64,000 bases of DNA, taken from NCBI GenBank assembly GCA_934177485.1, contig CAKPPF010000001.1, positions 256,618 to 320,617 of the forward strand, read 5' to 3'. The stretch comes from an uncultured Clostridia bacterium. Its GTDB lineage: Bacteria > Bacillota > Clostridia > TANB77 > CAG-508. The notes under the pieces are model-generated. The model had not been told where the DNA came from. It saw only the letters and a list, made by a program, of their open reading frames with translations, and ran no database searches. Numbering within the stretch: position 1 is the first letter of the stretch; every line of letters starts with the position of its first letter. The position numbers and the translations under genes were made by a program. This document shows positions 19,614 through 30,467 of the stretch, in pieces.

Positions 19614-20741
19614 ATGAACAAAAAAATTATAGCAATAGTTTTATTAATATTAATTATAAGTGCACAATTTATGACTTTGTATGCTAAAGATGAATTTGCC
19701 AATATAAAAGCAAAGGTAGTAAAATTAGACAAAATTGAAGATGTAACTCAGGACGAAGAAGCTTCTACAACAAAAAGAATACAAAAAGTAACAATTAACA
19801 TATTAGAAGGAGAATACGAAAACGAAGAATATGAACTTGATTATACAATATCTGAAAATATAAACAATAAAAATAGCAAAGCACAATTAAAAGATAATCA
19901 AGTAATATTTGTAACCATAGAATCAAATGATGGTGAAATAAGTAATGTTAAAGTTATAGAAAGCTCAAAACAAAATTACTTTATTTATATGATTGTTTTT
20001 TCTTGTTTACTAATATTGCTAATTGGAAAAAAGAAAGCAATTAAACCGATTGTTTTATTTAGCTTTTTAATATTGTATGTATTTTTATATGTTATTAGTG
20101 TAAAAAATAACAGCAATATAATTTTCATGACTTTTGTTTTTTCAGCTTTAATAAATATTACAATTTCAATTTCAATGAATGGATTTAGCAGTAAAACAAT
20201 TTCTTCAATGTTTTCATGTCTTGTTGGAAGTTTCTTATCTGGAATAATAATATTTACATTATATAATGTTACTGGCTTAAATGGAAATATAATGAATGTG
20301 GAAATTGGTAATGTTTCTATAGGTTTAAAAGAATTAATTGCTTCTGGAGCAATATTAACGAGCACAGGAATATGTTCAATATCAGCTAGTGTATTAACAA
20401 AAGAGTTAGAGGGACTAAAGGTATTAAATCCTGAAATTAAAGTTAAAGAACTATATAAAAAAGGAAATGAAAAAGGAATTGAGCATATAACTAAAATCTT
20501 TAGTTTTATTATATTAATATATTTGTGTAATTCAATGCTATTAGTATCGTATATACAAAATTATACAATAAACAACGAAAATATATTTATAACTATATTG
20601 TATTTATTTAGCATATTTATTAGTTCATTATTAATAATACCAATAGTATCATTTACATATGTAGAGTTGAATAAATATAAAATATACTATAAAACAAAAT
20701 CATCTAACATAATAGATGGACAAAGAAGTTTGAAGTTATAA
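19614..20741 (+). CDS. Polytopic membrane protein, possibly YibE/F family
   Basis: Signal or anchor sequence, an extracytoplasmic beta-rich N-domain, then about six TM segments. The family assignment comes from overall layout only. Confidence 0.4.
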   Translation: MNKKIIAIVLLILIISAQFMTLYAKDEFANIKAKVVKLDKIEDVTQDEEASTTKRIQKVTINILEGEYENEEYELDYTISENINNKNSKAQLKDNQVIFVTIESNDGEISNVKVIESSKQNYFIYMIVFSCLLILLIGKKKAIKPIVLFSFLILYVFLYVISVKNNSNIIFMTFVFSALINITISISMNGFSSKTISSMFSCLVGSFLSGIIIFTLYNVTGLNGNIMNVEIGNVSIGLKELIASGAILTSTGICSISASVLTKELEGLKVLNPEIKVKELYKKGNEKGIEHITKIFSFIILIYLCNSMLLVSYIQNYTINNENIFITILYLFSIFISSLLIIPIVSFTYVELNKYKIYYKTKSSNIIDGQRSLKL

Positions 20742-20810
20742 TTAAGCAAAGTGATTTTATGCTACTATAGAAAAAATCGAAAAATTTTTTGAGCATACTA
20801 AGTATTGTAA

Positions 20811-20871
20811 GTGCAGGTCTTGTGCCTGCCAGAAATATAAGATAGATAAATAATAATAAAATTATCTATCT
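20811..20871. repeat. Repeat modules A and B
   Basis: gtGCAGGtcttgtgCCTGCc (20811-20830), then hairpin agatagataaat...attatctatct (20840-20871). Confidence 0.7.
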
Positions 20872-21115
20872 ATTTTTATATAATAGAAGAAAATGAGAAA
20901 TATTAAAAAGCTAGAATTTTATTCTAGCTTTAAAAATAAAAGGGGATGTTTGTAGCAAATAGATTTTACTATCATATTTACTATGCTATTAATATACCAA
21001 CTAAATATGACTATTGTGTGAACAAAAAGAGTTTTTATAATGAAAAAATAGCAACTTGGAGTTGCTATTTTTTACAGACTGTTGACAAAGTATATAAAAA
21101 TATTTTGTTCAAGTA

Positions 21116-21144
21116 TTGCAGATGCAGGTCTTGTACCTGCCCGA
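21116..21144. repeat. Repeat module A just 3' of the htrA stop
   Basis: attgcagatGCAGGtcttgtaCCTGCcc. Confidence 0.75.
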
Positions 21145-21153
21145 AATAATTCA

Positions 21154-22356
21154 TTACTGTTCTTGTAAAGTTAAAGATACTTCTTTTTCTTTACCATCTC
21201 TATTAATTTTTAAAGTTATTTTATCACCAATTTTTAAATTGTTCTTTATATTATTTAGCTCATCAACGGTTTTTACTTTAGTTCCGTTTGCTTCTAATAT
21301 TATATCTCCTATTTTTAAACCAGCCTTTTCAGCTGCAGAAAAGTTATCTATAGATTTAACGTATATTCCTTCAACTAAATTATATTGTTTAGCTTTAGCT
21401 TCATCTATATCGATTCCAGTAATTCCAATATATGGTCTTGAAATTTTACCATTTGATTTTAGTTCATTATATACAGAAAGAGTTGAATTTATAGGAATTG
21501 CAAATCCGATTCCTTCTACACCGGTTCCAGATAATTTTAATGTATTAATTCCAATTACTTTTCCATCTGCATTAACTAAAGCACCACCACTGTTACCAGA
21601 ATTAATTGCAGCATCTGTTTGAATCAATTTATAAGTTGTTTTTGTATCTGAATCTTGAACTTCACGATCTTTTGCACTTATTATTCCACAAGATATACTA
21701 CTTTGTAAACCTAATGGATTTCCTATGGCCATTGCAAATTCGCCTACTTGAACAGAGTCAGAATCTCCAAGTTCGGCAGCAGTTAAACCATCTTTATTTA
21801 TTTTTATAACAGCAAGATCAGTTTGCACATCACTACCAACTACAGTAGCATCATATTCAGTTTCATCATTATATAATTTGACTTTTACACTTGTTGCTTC
21901 TGTAATTTGATAATAAGAAGACGAACTTGAACTATTAACAACATGGTTATTTGTTAAAATATAGCCATCTGAGCTAACAATTATTCCAGAACCAGAGCCA
22001 CTAGTAGATCCGCTACCACCAAATACAGAGTTAACTTTGTATTCAACTGTAATACCAACTATTGATGGTAACACTTTATTTGCAACAGCTATTGAAGTGT
22101 TAGAATAATCTGTTAATGAAACTGTATTTGCTACGGCACCTTTTGTAATATTTAAATTTGTATCTGAATTTTTAGTACTTTCATTTAAAATTTTGTTCCT
22201 AATATTTGGCATTCCAAAACATATTCCAATTATTAAAAAAGTACCAATTGCACTTGAACAGAATGGGACAAATGCATTTTTAAAGAAACTTGATTTTTTT
22301 ACATTTTCAGTATTTGAATAAACTTTATATGTAGTTTCATTTGAATTATCATCCAT
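21154..22356 (-). CDS. htrA: HtrA/DegP-family serine protease with a PDZ domain
   Basis: Catalytic triad contexts 'TNNHVV', 'DLAVIK' and 'GNSGGALVN', an N-terminal TM segment and a C-terminal PDZ domain. Confidence 0.9.
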   Translation of the reverse strand: MDDNSNETTYKVYSNTENVKKSSFFKNAFVPFCSSAIGTFLIIGICFGMPNIRNKILNESTKNSDTNLNITKGAVANTVSLTDYSNTSIAVANKVLPSIVGITVEYKVNSVFGGSGSTSGSGSGIIVSSDGYILTNNHVVNSSSSSSYYQITEATSVKVKLYNDETEYDATVVGSDVQTDLAVIKINKDGLTAAELGDSDSVQVGEFAMAIGNPLGLQSSISCGIISAKDREVQDSDTKTTYKLIQTDAAINSGNSGGALVNADGKVIGINTLKLSGTGVEGIGFAIPINSTLSVYNELKSNGKISRPYIGITGIDIDEAKAKQYNLVEGIYVKSIDNFSAAEKAGLKIGDIILEANGTKVKTVDELNNIKNNLKIGDKITLKINRDGKEKEVSLTLQEQ

Positions 22357-22569
22357 TTTTATTCCTCCTTATTATGTATGATATTAATATAACCTAATTT
22401 ATATAAATGATACAATACAATTGTGAAAAAAATGTGAAAATAAATGAAAGAAATTGTAATCTTGAAAATAAGAGATTATATATAAATAAGTTCTTGCAAA
22501 AAACATATTTACAAATGAACAAATTATACTATATAATTAATGTATGAAGTATAACAAAAGAGGAGTTTT

Positions 22570-23874
22570 ATGAATAAAAATAGTGTTAAAAAAAGTAAAA
22601 TAAGTAAAAAAAGAAGAAATAATGCTATACTTTATCCAATATATAAAATGTTTTCTTGGGATTTGCTCTGCTTTTATTCAGTTGAGTTTTTGTTCTATAC
22701 AATTACAAAGGGAGTAACAGCAAGTCAAGTGTTGTTAATTACGGCTTCATATATGCTAGGAAAACTTTTTTTTCAAATTCCATCTGTCGCTATTGCTGAT
22801 TACCTAGGAAAAAGGAAAAGCTTAATAATTGGGAATGCAATTTTGGTATTATATATGATATTAATTATTTATTCACCAGGTTTACTTGGTATATTAATTG
22901 CCACAGCATTATCAGGATTTGGGTATGATATAAAAGCAATCACAGAGGGAAATTTGTTATATGATTCAGTAGCTACAAGAGGAGGAGATGGAATCTATAC
23001 TAAAATTGATTCTAAAGGAGCAAGCGCATATTACGTAATAGACACTGCATTATCAATCATCGCAGGATATTTATTTGTAATCAATAATTATATTCCTATA
23101 TACATTTGCTTATTTTTCTTAATAGTATCATTTGTCCTATCATTTAAGTTTGAAGATATACACAGAAGTAAAAAAGAAAAAACGGGCATTAACTTAAAGG
23201 AATTTTTAAGTGGATATTCAAAAGATATAAAAAGTTCATTTAATTTTATAAAACAATCAAATAGAATGAAATCATATGTATTATTTGCAACAGTATTTTA
23301 TGGCGTAATAAAAATAATGTCTACATGTAAAAATGATTTGCTAATAGACATGAAAATTAGTGAAGAACAATTTTCATTAATATATGCAGCACTTAGCTTA
23401 ATCGCAGCAATATCTGCAATGTTTAGCAAAAAAGTACAGAGAAAATTTAAAAATAAAACATTAAAACTAATCTCATTATCTTACATATTTTCAATAATTG
23501 GTGTAGGAATAATTTCAATAAAATTAACTAATGAAATTGCAATACCTTTAGTTTTAATGTTATGTTGTGTAATGAGAATTTCGGATTCACAGTGGTATGT
23601 AACAGAATATACATATTTAAAGAATTTTACAAACTATGACACAAGAGTTAAGATAACATTTACATTTGAACTAATTGTTGTTGGAGTTACTAGTTTAATA
23701 GCGGCTTTGGGCTCATTATTATTAAAATATATAGAAATACGATATGCTATATTATTTTTAGGACTTTTGGCATTAGCATTAATTACAATTGTTTTAGACT
23801 ATATGAGAACAAGAATTGGTTTGAAACCAAAAGAGTACAAAAAAGAAGATATTGAATTTATTTTAAATAAGTAG
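22570..23874 (+). CDS. MFS-type transporter
   Basis: About 12 hydrophobic segments in a 6+6 arrangement with a basic central loop. Confidence 0.65.
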   Translation: MNKNSVKKSKISKKRRNNAILYPIYKMFSWDLLCFYSVEFLFYTITKGVTASQVLLITASYMLGKLFFQIPSVAIADYLGKRKSLIIGNAILVLYMILIIYSPGLLGILIATALSGFGYDIKAITEGNLLYDSVATRGGDGIYTKIDSKGASAYYVIDTALSIIAGYLFVINNYIPIYICLFFLIVSFVLSFKFEDIHRSKKEKTGINLKEFLSGYSKDIKSSFNFIKQSNRMKSYVLFATVFYGVIKIMSTCKNDLLIDMKISEEQFSLIYAALSLIAAISAMFSKKVQRKFKNKTLKLISLSYIFSIIGVGIISIKLTNEIAIPLVLMLCCVMRISDSQWYVTEYTYLKNFTNYDTRVKITFTFELIVVGVTSLIAALGSLLLKYIEIRYAILFLGLLALALITIVLDYMRTRIGLKPKEYKKEDIEFILNK

Positions 23875-23883
23875 GGAGAAAAA

Positions 23884-24276
23884 ATGTTAAAACATAGAAA
23901 AGAAAATTTAGGAGCAATTAAATACACTAAAGCACATAGGAAGGCATATAAAGAAGTAGAAAAAGAGTTGCTTGGACACAACACATGGAGAAGTTTAGTA
24001 CATGATTTAGATAAAGTTATATTGTATAATTTTTTACCATTTGAAAAAGTAAAAAAATTTCATAGAAATACAGCTAGACATCATGAAAATAACATAAAAA
24101 AGAAAAGAAACGATTACATAGATATGATTATAGATTGGGAATGTGCACGTAGAACTAAACCAGATAAACCATTAAATGCATATGATACAATGTATAAATT
24201 TTATCCTCATTTAGAAAAAGAAATATTACCAATATTAAAGGAATTTGGACTAGACCATAAAACAGAAAAATTGTAA
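23884..24276 (+). CDS. Hypothetical protein with an HD...HH histidine-rich pattern
   Basis: 130-aa ORF with GGGAGA RBS, 'VHDLDK' and 'ARHHEN'. Family not confidently recognised. Confidence 0.45.
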   Translation: MLKHRKENLGAIKYTKAHRKAYKEVEKELLGHNTWRSLVHDLDKVILYNFLPFEKVKKFHRNTARHHENNIKKKRNDYIDMIIDWECARRTKPDKPLNAYDTMYKFYPHLEKEILPILKEFGLDHKTEKL

Positions 24277-24289
24277 TTTACAAAATTAA

Positions 24290-24570
24290 TCCGCTCCCAG
24301 CTATTTGTTTTTATTTTTTACGAAACGCCCCAACTTCGTATAGAATGTAATAAAATTTATTTTAATAAATTTTAAACATTCTATAAACTCGCCGGTCCCC
24401 ACCCGTAACTTTCTAAAAAAATAAAAACAAATAGCTTCGCGCTACTATATATCAATTTGTTTTGAGACTTTTTTGAAAAATTACGGCCTGACAGCCCTTT
24501 GAGGCGGGGAATACCCGTTAGCCTGGAAGGCCTAATTTTGAAAAAATGCTCTCAAAAATAAATTGATTGC
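24290..24570. repeat. Cluster of long nested inverted repeats with GC-rich cores
   Basis: agctatttgtttttatttttt (24299-24319) pairs with aaaaaaataaaaacaaatagct (24415-24436). It encloses tatagaatgt...acattctata. A second long imperfect hairpin spans 24451-24567. Confidence 0.6.
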
Positions 24571-24615
24571 AATTATATTTGTCATATAAATTACAATTTA
24601 TAAAAGGAGAGAAAA

Positions 24616-25185
24616 ATGAGTAAAATTACTTGGAAACCTGGAACATTTGAATATCCTATACCAGCTGTAATGGTGAGCTGTGGAACAATGGAGAAATCTA
24701 ATATAGTAACAGTTGCATGGACTGGCATTATAAATACTAATCCTGCAATGGTGTATATATCTGTCAGACCTGAAAGGTATTCATATGATATTATAAAAAA
24801 ATCAAAAGAATTTGTTATAAATTTAACGAATGCACAGCTAGCTTATGCTACAGATTGGTGTGGAGTTAAATCTGGAAAGAATGTAGATAAGTTTGAAAAA
24901 ATGCATTTGACAAAAGAAAAAGGAAAGTTTGTTAAATGCCCTATGATATTAGAGGCACCTGTTTCAATTGAATGTAAAGTAAAAGAAATAAAAAAGCTAG
25001 GAAGTCATGATATGTTTATTGCAGATGTACTAGCTGTAAATGCAGATGAAAAGTATTTTGATAAAAAAGGTGCATTTGATATATCTAAGTGTAATTTAAT
25101 AGCATATGCAAATGGCGGATATTATATGTTAGGTAAAAAAGTTGGAAAGTTTGGATATTCGGTGCAGAAAAAGAAGAAAAAATAA
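24616..25185 (+). CDS. Flavin reductase-like (FMN-binding split-barrel) protein
   Basis: 'PAVMVSCGT...NIVTVAWTG' N-terminal pattern typical of the Flavin_Reduct family. AAGGAG RBS. Confidence 0.75.
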   Translation: MSKITWKPGTFEYPIPAVMVSCGTMEKSNIVTVAWTGIINTNPAMVYISVRPERYSYDIIKKSKEFVINLTNAQLAYATDWCGVKSGKNVDKFEKMHLTKEKGKFVKCPMILEAPVSIECKVKEIKKLGSHDMFIADVLAVNADEKYFDKKGAFDISKCNLIAYANGGYYMLGKKVGKFGYSVQKKKKK

Positions 25186-25190
25186 TTAAT

Positions 25191-25531
25191 GTGATGTGTA
25201 TGGACAGGTCTTGTGCCTGACTAAAAGAAAAATTGGAAATTTTTCTTAGTTATTCTATAGTATGAAAAAGCAAGGAAACCTTGCTTTTTTTTGTTGAATA
25301 GGAAAAATCAAAGATTTTTCTATTCAACAAAAAATGCTATAATCGCTATTGCCTTTGAGATTTCCTCATTTCATTCGGAAACTCAAATCGGCAAGAAGAA
25401 AAGTGTGGCGAAGCCACTTTTCTTATTATATAGTAAAAATCGAAGATTTTTACTATATAACAAGGTTAAGTTACCTTAGGCAGTGCATATTTGCGAAGCA
25501 AAATGCACATGTGGCGAAGCCACTTTTCTTA
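25191..25531. repeat. Composite intergenic repeat (modules A, E and D, plus an extra D-tail)
   Basis: ggACAGGtcttgtgCCTGac, then ttgttgaataggaaaaatcaaagatttttctattcaacaa, then module D (25333-25425), then a second gtggcgaagccacttttctta (25511-25531). Confidence 0.8.
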
Positions 25532-25739
25532 CCTAATAAAAAAATCTAGAATTTTTTTAAAGCAAATTTTAGTATTGGAAATGCAGAAGATGGGGGACAA
25601 GATATACCTACATACATTCTTGCTCAAAAGATTAATATTATTTTAAATCATTATCTAGTAACAATAGGTTATCAAAAAAGTGATTTAAGTTTTTATTAAA
25701 AAATTTCATAAAATCGTTATTTAATGAATAAAAATTAAT

Positions 25740-26003
25740 GTGGTGATGAGTATGAGAAATGTAGGAAACATTTGTAACTTGTCCGAACTTAAGATAGGAC
25801 AAGTCGCAAAAATAATAGAGAATAAAGTTACTAATAAAAATATAAGAAGGCATTTATTTGATATGGGTTTTATTGTTGGGACAGAAGTTAAAGTTAAAAA
25901 AATTGCTCCGATGGGTGATCCAATAGATATTGAACTTAGAGGATATGAAATCGCTGTAAAAAAAGCTGATTTAAAACAAATAGAAGTAGAGGTGATTAGA
26001 TAA
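25740..26003 (+). CDS. feoA: Ferrous iron transport protein A
   Basis: 'LSELKIGQVAKII' SH3-like FeoA pattern. The start is ambiguous (GTG 25740, ATG 25746 or ATG 25752). Confidence 0.85.
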   Translation: MVMSMRNVGNICNLSELKIGQVAKIIENKVTNKNIRRHLFDMGFIVGTEVKVKKIAPMGDPIDIELRGYEIAVKKADLKQIEVEVIR

Positions 26004-26005
26004 TA

Positions 26006-28114
26006 ATGAAAATTGGATTAGTGGGAAACCAAAATAGTGGAAAAACTACACTTTTCAATTGTTTAACGGGAATGAATGCTAAAATAGGAAATTGGCCTGG
26101 AGTAACAATTGAAAAAAAAGAAGGAACAATAAAAGGGACAAGTTACACTTTAATAGATTTGCCAGGAATTTATTCATTAAATCCATATAGCATAGAAGAA
26201 GACGTTTCAAGAAAATTTATTTTAAATGAAAATCCAGATATTATTATAAATATAATTGATGCTACTTGTATAGAAAGAAGTTTATACCTAACAACGCAAT
26301 TATTGGAACTAGATTGCAAAGTTATAGTTGCCTTAAATATGTCTGATATTTTAGAAAAAAAGGGATTTGAGATTAGTATTAATAAACTTGAGAAATTATT
26401 AGGGACAAAAGTAATAAAAATTTCTGCATTAAATGGAACAGGTATAGAAAAATTAATAAAAGAAATAGAATTTCCAAGTAAATCATATAAAATTAAAATT
26501 TTCAACAATAGTATTGAAGAAGCTATTAAAAATATAGAAAGTAATTTGAATTATAAACAAAAGAATAAAAGGTTTGTTTCAATAAATCTTTTAAGTGATA
26601 ATGATGACATTAAGTCGTTTAGTACAAATGACATAGAACTAATAAAAAATAAAATAGAAAAGCAAAATCAAATGGAAATAGATGAATTGATTGCTATGCA
26701 AAGATATAGTTTTATTGAACAAGTAAAAAAAGAATGTATAAGTAGAAGAAATATGCCAGAAAGCATAACAGACAAGCTAGACAAAATATTCTTGAACAAA
26801 TGGATTGCATTTCCAATATTTATAATAATTATGCTACTTGTTTATTATTTGTCAGTTGGAATTGTTGGAAATTTTACTGTAGACTCTGTGAAAAAAATTA
26901 TTTTAGAACTTGAAATAATAGTGAAAAAAACATTAAATGAAGTTGGAGTTTCTAATTGGTTAAATAGTTTAATTGTTGATGGAATAATAGCTGGAGTTGG
27001 TTCTGTATTAAATTTTTTACCACAACTTGCAATATTATTCTTATGCATATCAATCTTAGAAACAACAGGATATATGTCAAGAGTTGCCTTATTATTTGAT
27101 AAAATATTTAGAAAAATTGGATTAAGTGGAAAAAGCATAATACCATTTATAGTTGGATCAGGATGTAGTGTACCAGGTATAATGGGAACAAGAATAATAG
27201 AAAATGAAGATGAAAGAAAAATGACATCGATTCTTACACCATTTGTTCCATGCAGTGCAAAGCTACCAATAATAACATTGTTTACAAGTTACTTTTTCCC
27301 GCAAAATTCTGGTTTAATTTCTGCTATGTTATATTTTCTTGCTATATTAATAATTATAGTAAGTGCATTATTAATGAAAAAATTTGTATTTAGAGGTACA
27401 TCAAGTACATATATTTCCGAGCTTCCGGAGTACAAATTACCAAGTTTAAAATATGTATTAAAGGATACTACAAATAAAGTTTTAGCTTTTATAAAAAGAG
27501 CAGGTACAACTATTTTCTTATGCTCTATAATTGTGTGGTTTTTGTTGTCGTTTTCGCCCAAAATGGAATATGGCATAGAAATTAAAAAAAGCATATTGGC
27601 AAACTTGGGAAATAAAATATCTTGGATATTTAAACCAATTGTGGGTGTAAATAGTTGGGAGGTAACAGTTTCAGCAATACAGGGGTTAATTGCAAAGGAA
27701 CAAGTTGTGTCATCAATGGCTGTAATTAATGGTTTAGCAGATAATACTAATTCAATAGATATTTTGAGTAAGACAGGTACTTTTGGATTTTTTACACCGG
27801 CTTCTGCATTAGCATTTACGATATTTAATTTATTTTCAGCTCCGTGTTTTGGAGCAATTGCAGCAATGAAAAAGGAATTAGGTAGCACTAAAAATGTTTT
27901 AAAAGCAGTATGTTTTCAAACTGGATTAGCGTGGCTTTTATCTAGCTTCATATATAAAATTGGAAATATAATTGAAAATAAAAAACAAATTATTAATGAT
28001 TTGCTAATAGCACTAATAATCGTTATTATTTGTGCTATTATTAAGAATATAATACAAGAACTAAAAAAAACTTGTAAAGAGTGTCCATACAGCGATAACT
28101 GTAATAAATATTAA
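26006..28114 (+). CDS. feoB: Ferrous iron transport protein B
   Basis: N-terminal G-domain 'GNQNSGKTTLFN' and 'DLPG', a polytopic gate domain and a Cys-rich C-terminal tail 'CKECPYSDNC'. Confidence 0.95.
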   Translation: MKIGLVGNQNSGKTTLFNCLTGMNAKIGNWPGVTIEKKEGTIKGTSYTLIDLPGIYSLNPYSIEEDVSRKFILNENPDIIINIIDATCIERSLYLTTQLLELDCKVIVALNMSDILEKKGFEISINKLEKLLGTKVIKISALNGTGIEKLIKEIEFPSKSYKIKIFNNSIEEAIKNIESNLNYKQKNKRFVSINLLSDNDDIKSFSTNDIELIKNKIEKQNQMEIDELIAMQRYSFIEQVKKECISRRNMPESITDKLDKIFLNKWIAFPIFIIIMLLVYYLSVGIVGNFTVDSVKKIILELEIIVKKTLNEVGVSNWLNSLIVDGIIAGVGSVLNFLPQLAILFLCISILETTGYMSRVALLFDKIFRKIGLSGKSIIPFIVGSGCSVPGIMGTRIIENEDERKMTSILTPFVPCSAKLPIITLFTSYFFPQNSGLISAMLYFLAILIIIVSALLMKKFVFRGTSSTYISELPEYKLPSLKYVLKDTTNKVLAFIKRAGTTIFLCSIIVWFLLSFSPKMEYGIEIKKSILANLGNKISWIFKPIVGVNSWEVTVSAIQGLIAKEQVVSSMAVINGLADNTNSIDILSKTGTFGFFTPASALAFTIFNLFSAPCFGAIAAMKKELGSTKNVLKAVCFQTGLAWLLSSFIYKIGNIIENKKQIINDLLIALIIVIICAIIKNIIQELKKTCKECPYSDNCNKY

Positions 28115-28167
28115 AAGATATTGCAAAAAATCTATACAAATGATAAGATATTTTTGAGGTGAAAAAA

Positions 28168-29262
28168 ATGTCAAATATTATAGATTATATAAAATGGAGA
28201 GGTGACTTAAGTTTTAATCAGGCACCAATAAATGAAATAGATAACATAATTCTTGCGAGGTTTTCTTATTTACCATTTAAAGATATAGAATTAAGCGATA
28301 TGGAAACAATAGAAAGTATTTCATACAAAATGCAAAACTTTGGAATAGAGAAGTTTTTATGGGATGATGACAAAGAATTCATACAAATTTTAGGACAAGT
28401 AAATAGATATAAAGATTTAAAAACATCGAATTATATAGAAATATTTGATACAGCAGCTGAAAAACAGTTCGCAGCAATTACAATATTACTTCCAAATAAA
28501 ATAAGCTATATTTCTTTTAGAGGAACAGATTCTTCATTAGTTGGTTGGAAAGAGGATTTAAATATGGGCTTTATGGAAAATGTTCCATCACAAAAAGAAG
28601 CAGTAAATTATTTAAATAACATAGCTAAAAAAAACAGAGATAAATTAATAATAGGAGGACACTCAAAGGGAGGAAATTTAGCCGTATATTCAGCAGTATT
28701 TTGTAATGACAAAATAAAAAGCAGAATAGAAAAAGTTATAAATGCAGATGGACCTGGTTTTGATAAAAGTGTAATTCAAACAGAAAATTATAAAAAGATT
28801 TTGAGTAAAATAGAAACATATATTCCACAATCTTCAATAGTTGGAAGACTTCTTGAACACGAAGAGGAATACCAAGTAGTAAAAAGCATACAAAAGGGAG
28901 TAATGCAACATGACATATACTCTTGGCAAGTTGAGCCACTAAGATTAGTAAGAATACCAACTTTGACAAACAATAGTGAGATATTTAATGGAATAGTTAG
29001 AGACTGGGTAAAAAATACAACGCCAGAGCAAAGAAAAAACTTTATAAACCTAATATATGAAATAATAACAACAACAGATGCAAAAAGTTTAAGTGATTTT
29101 TCAAAAAATACAGCAAAAAAAATAGGAATAATATTAAACAGTTACAGAAATGTAAATGAAGAAGATAGAAAAGAAATGGAAAGAATGGTAAAACTTATAT
29201 TAGAAAGTGCTGTAAAAGTAGTAAAAGATAATATGGGTGTGATGTATGAAAAAAATAAGTAA
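28168..29262 (+). CDS. Alpha/beta-hydrolase-like protein (DUF2974/Mbeg1-like)
   Basis: Nucleophile elbow 'GGHSKGG'. The start is placed at the ATG after the GAGGTG RBS. Confidence 0.6.
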   Translation: MSNIIDYIKWRGDLSFNQAPINEIDNIILARFSYLPFKDIELSDMETIESISYKMQNFGIEKFLWDDDKEFIQILGQVNRYKDLKTSNYIEIFDTAAEKQFAAITILLPNKISYISFRGTDSSLVGWKEDLNMGFMENVPSQKEAVNYLNNIAKKNRDKLIIGGHSKGGNLAVYSAVFCNDKIKSRIEKVINADGPGFDKSVIQTENYKKILSKIETYIPQSSIVGRLLEHEEEYQVVKSIQKGVMQHDIYSWQVEPLRLVRIPTLTNNSEIFNGIVRDWVKNTTPEQRKNFINLIYEIITTTDAKSLSDFSKNTAKKIGIILNSYRNVNEEDRKEMERMVKLILESAVKVVKDNMGVMYEKNK

Positions 29263-29867
29263 ATAAAAAGTATGGATGGTGTATGTTTTGAATTTGAAGA
29301 TGTATTAAAACAAGTCAAAAAGATGAGCATGGCGAAACACACTAACAACTAAAGTGTAATTTTATATTATCAAAACTTATAACTTTAATATATTCAAAAA
29401 TAATAATGAAAACGTTTTTGAATTAATGTTAACGAGAAAATAAAGAAAGTTCTTTAACAAATTTACATAATTTTTACATTGCAAAAGAAAAATGTTATAA
29501 TAGTATATAGCCATATTTGGAAAAGAATAATAAAAATTCATACATTCTGGCAAAATGTATTTTATAATATAGTGAAAATTAGCAAATAAACATTATTAGT
29601 ATTAGGAAGTATGGAGAAAAATTATTCTTTATCGACTTTTTACATTATCCTATGGAGTTTCCAAAAGATAATTAAAAATCAGAGAGTAGAGGACTTTTAT
29701 ACTGCTCTAATATCACATTTTATAATTACAAATGGAGAAGTACATGCACATTGAAATCTTAAAATATTATATATAGGTTATCTAATTATTGATATTATAA
29801 TTGCGTTTTGGACCAAGCTCACCAAATCAAATTCTGACAAGATAAAAGAGAAAGAGGTAATGTAGAA

Positions 29868-30158
29868 ATGACAATTCTTATATATGCAGCACTTTTCTTC
29901 ATGATCGCAGTATTATTTAACCCTGTATATAATTTTCAGAAAAAAAACAAAGCCATAACAATTATTATTTGGGTAATAAGCTCTATTTTAAGTGGAGCAA
30001 GCTTCAGTATCAGACAATATCAGTATTTAATACCTGAATGTCAAACACTAAAAGTTTATATTCCTTTAGTATTTTTTTTGATAGGATTAGCTTTATCGGG
30101 AAGCATGACCATTGGCATGATAGCACAATACCTTAAAGAGGCCAGAAATAAAATGTGA
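29868..30158 (+). CDS. Small membrane protein (3 TM), hypothetical
   Basis: 96-aa hydrophobic ORF with a GAGGTAA RBS, followed by a strong terminator. Confidence 0.45.
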   Translation: MTILIYAALFFMIAVLFNPVYNFQKKNKAITIIIWVISSILSGASFSIRQYQYLIPECQTLKVYIPLVFFLIGLALSGSMTIGMIAQYLKEARNKM

Positions 30159-30170
30159 TAATTAAAAAAA

Positions 30171-30202
30171 GAAGTATTCAAAAATGAATACTTCTTTTTT
30201 TG
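30171..30202 (+). terminator. Rho-independent terminator
   Basis: agaagtattc-aaaaat-gaatacttct followed by TTTTTT. Confidence 0.7.
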
Positions 30203-30350
30203 TTAAGTTATTTTATGAAAACAACAGAAAAAATATTATTAAGAACAATGGCACTTTAGTAGAATATGAAGAATATATATTAAGAAGATTATAAATAATT
30301 AGATATTTCGCATATTATGTGAGTTTTATTATTAATATAAAAAATAGATA

Positions 30351-30467
30351 AAAAGATGCGTTCTAATACAATTATCATACGAATACGATTAAACAAATGT
30401 AATCATATTGAGGCTTTGCTTTATGCCCAAAGTCTCAATAGAAGAACGTGCAATGGAACTTGAATAG
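30351..30467 (+). repeat. Left direct repeat of the island: duplicated spoIIID leader plus a truncated 14-codon 5' fragment
   Basis: The 112 nt at 30351-30462 align without gaps to 41632-41743 with 10 mismatches by hand count. ATG 30423 reads MPKVSIEERAMELE and then TAG. Confidence 0.85.

Noticed and set aside
20946-21622. Plus-strand ORFs of 67 and 168 aa
   Set aside because: The first spans repeat modules and intergenic DNA. The second is antisense to htrA and starts inside the palindromic repeat. There is no RBS and the translation is low-complexity.
25291-25549. ORFs of 62 and 66 aa in the feoA upstream region
   Set aside because: They are translations of the dispersed repeat modules E and D. 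The same 'proteins' would recur wherever the repeat occurs.
25625-25740. Fur box upstream of feoAB
   Set aside because: I found only a partial match (aaatcattatc) and no convincing 19-bp or 7-1-7 palindrome, so this is not reported as a feature.
29263-29867. A 600-bp non-coding stretch that might hide a tRNA, an ncRNA or the island's missing att or integrase remnant
   Set aside because: There is no tRNA-like GC-rich cloverleaf, no long ORF (the best is an unsupported 47-codon ORF at 29612-29755) and no similarity to the repeats. I left it unannotated.
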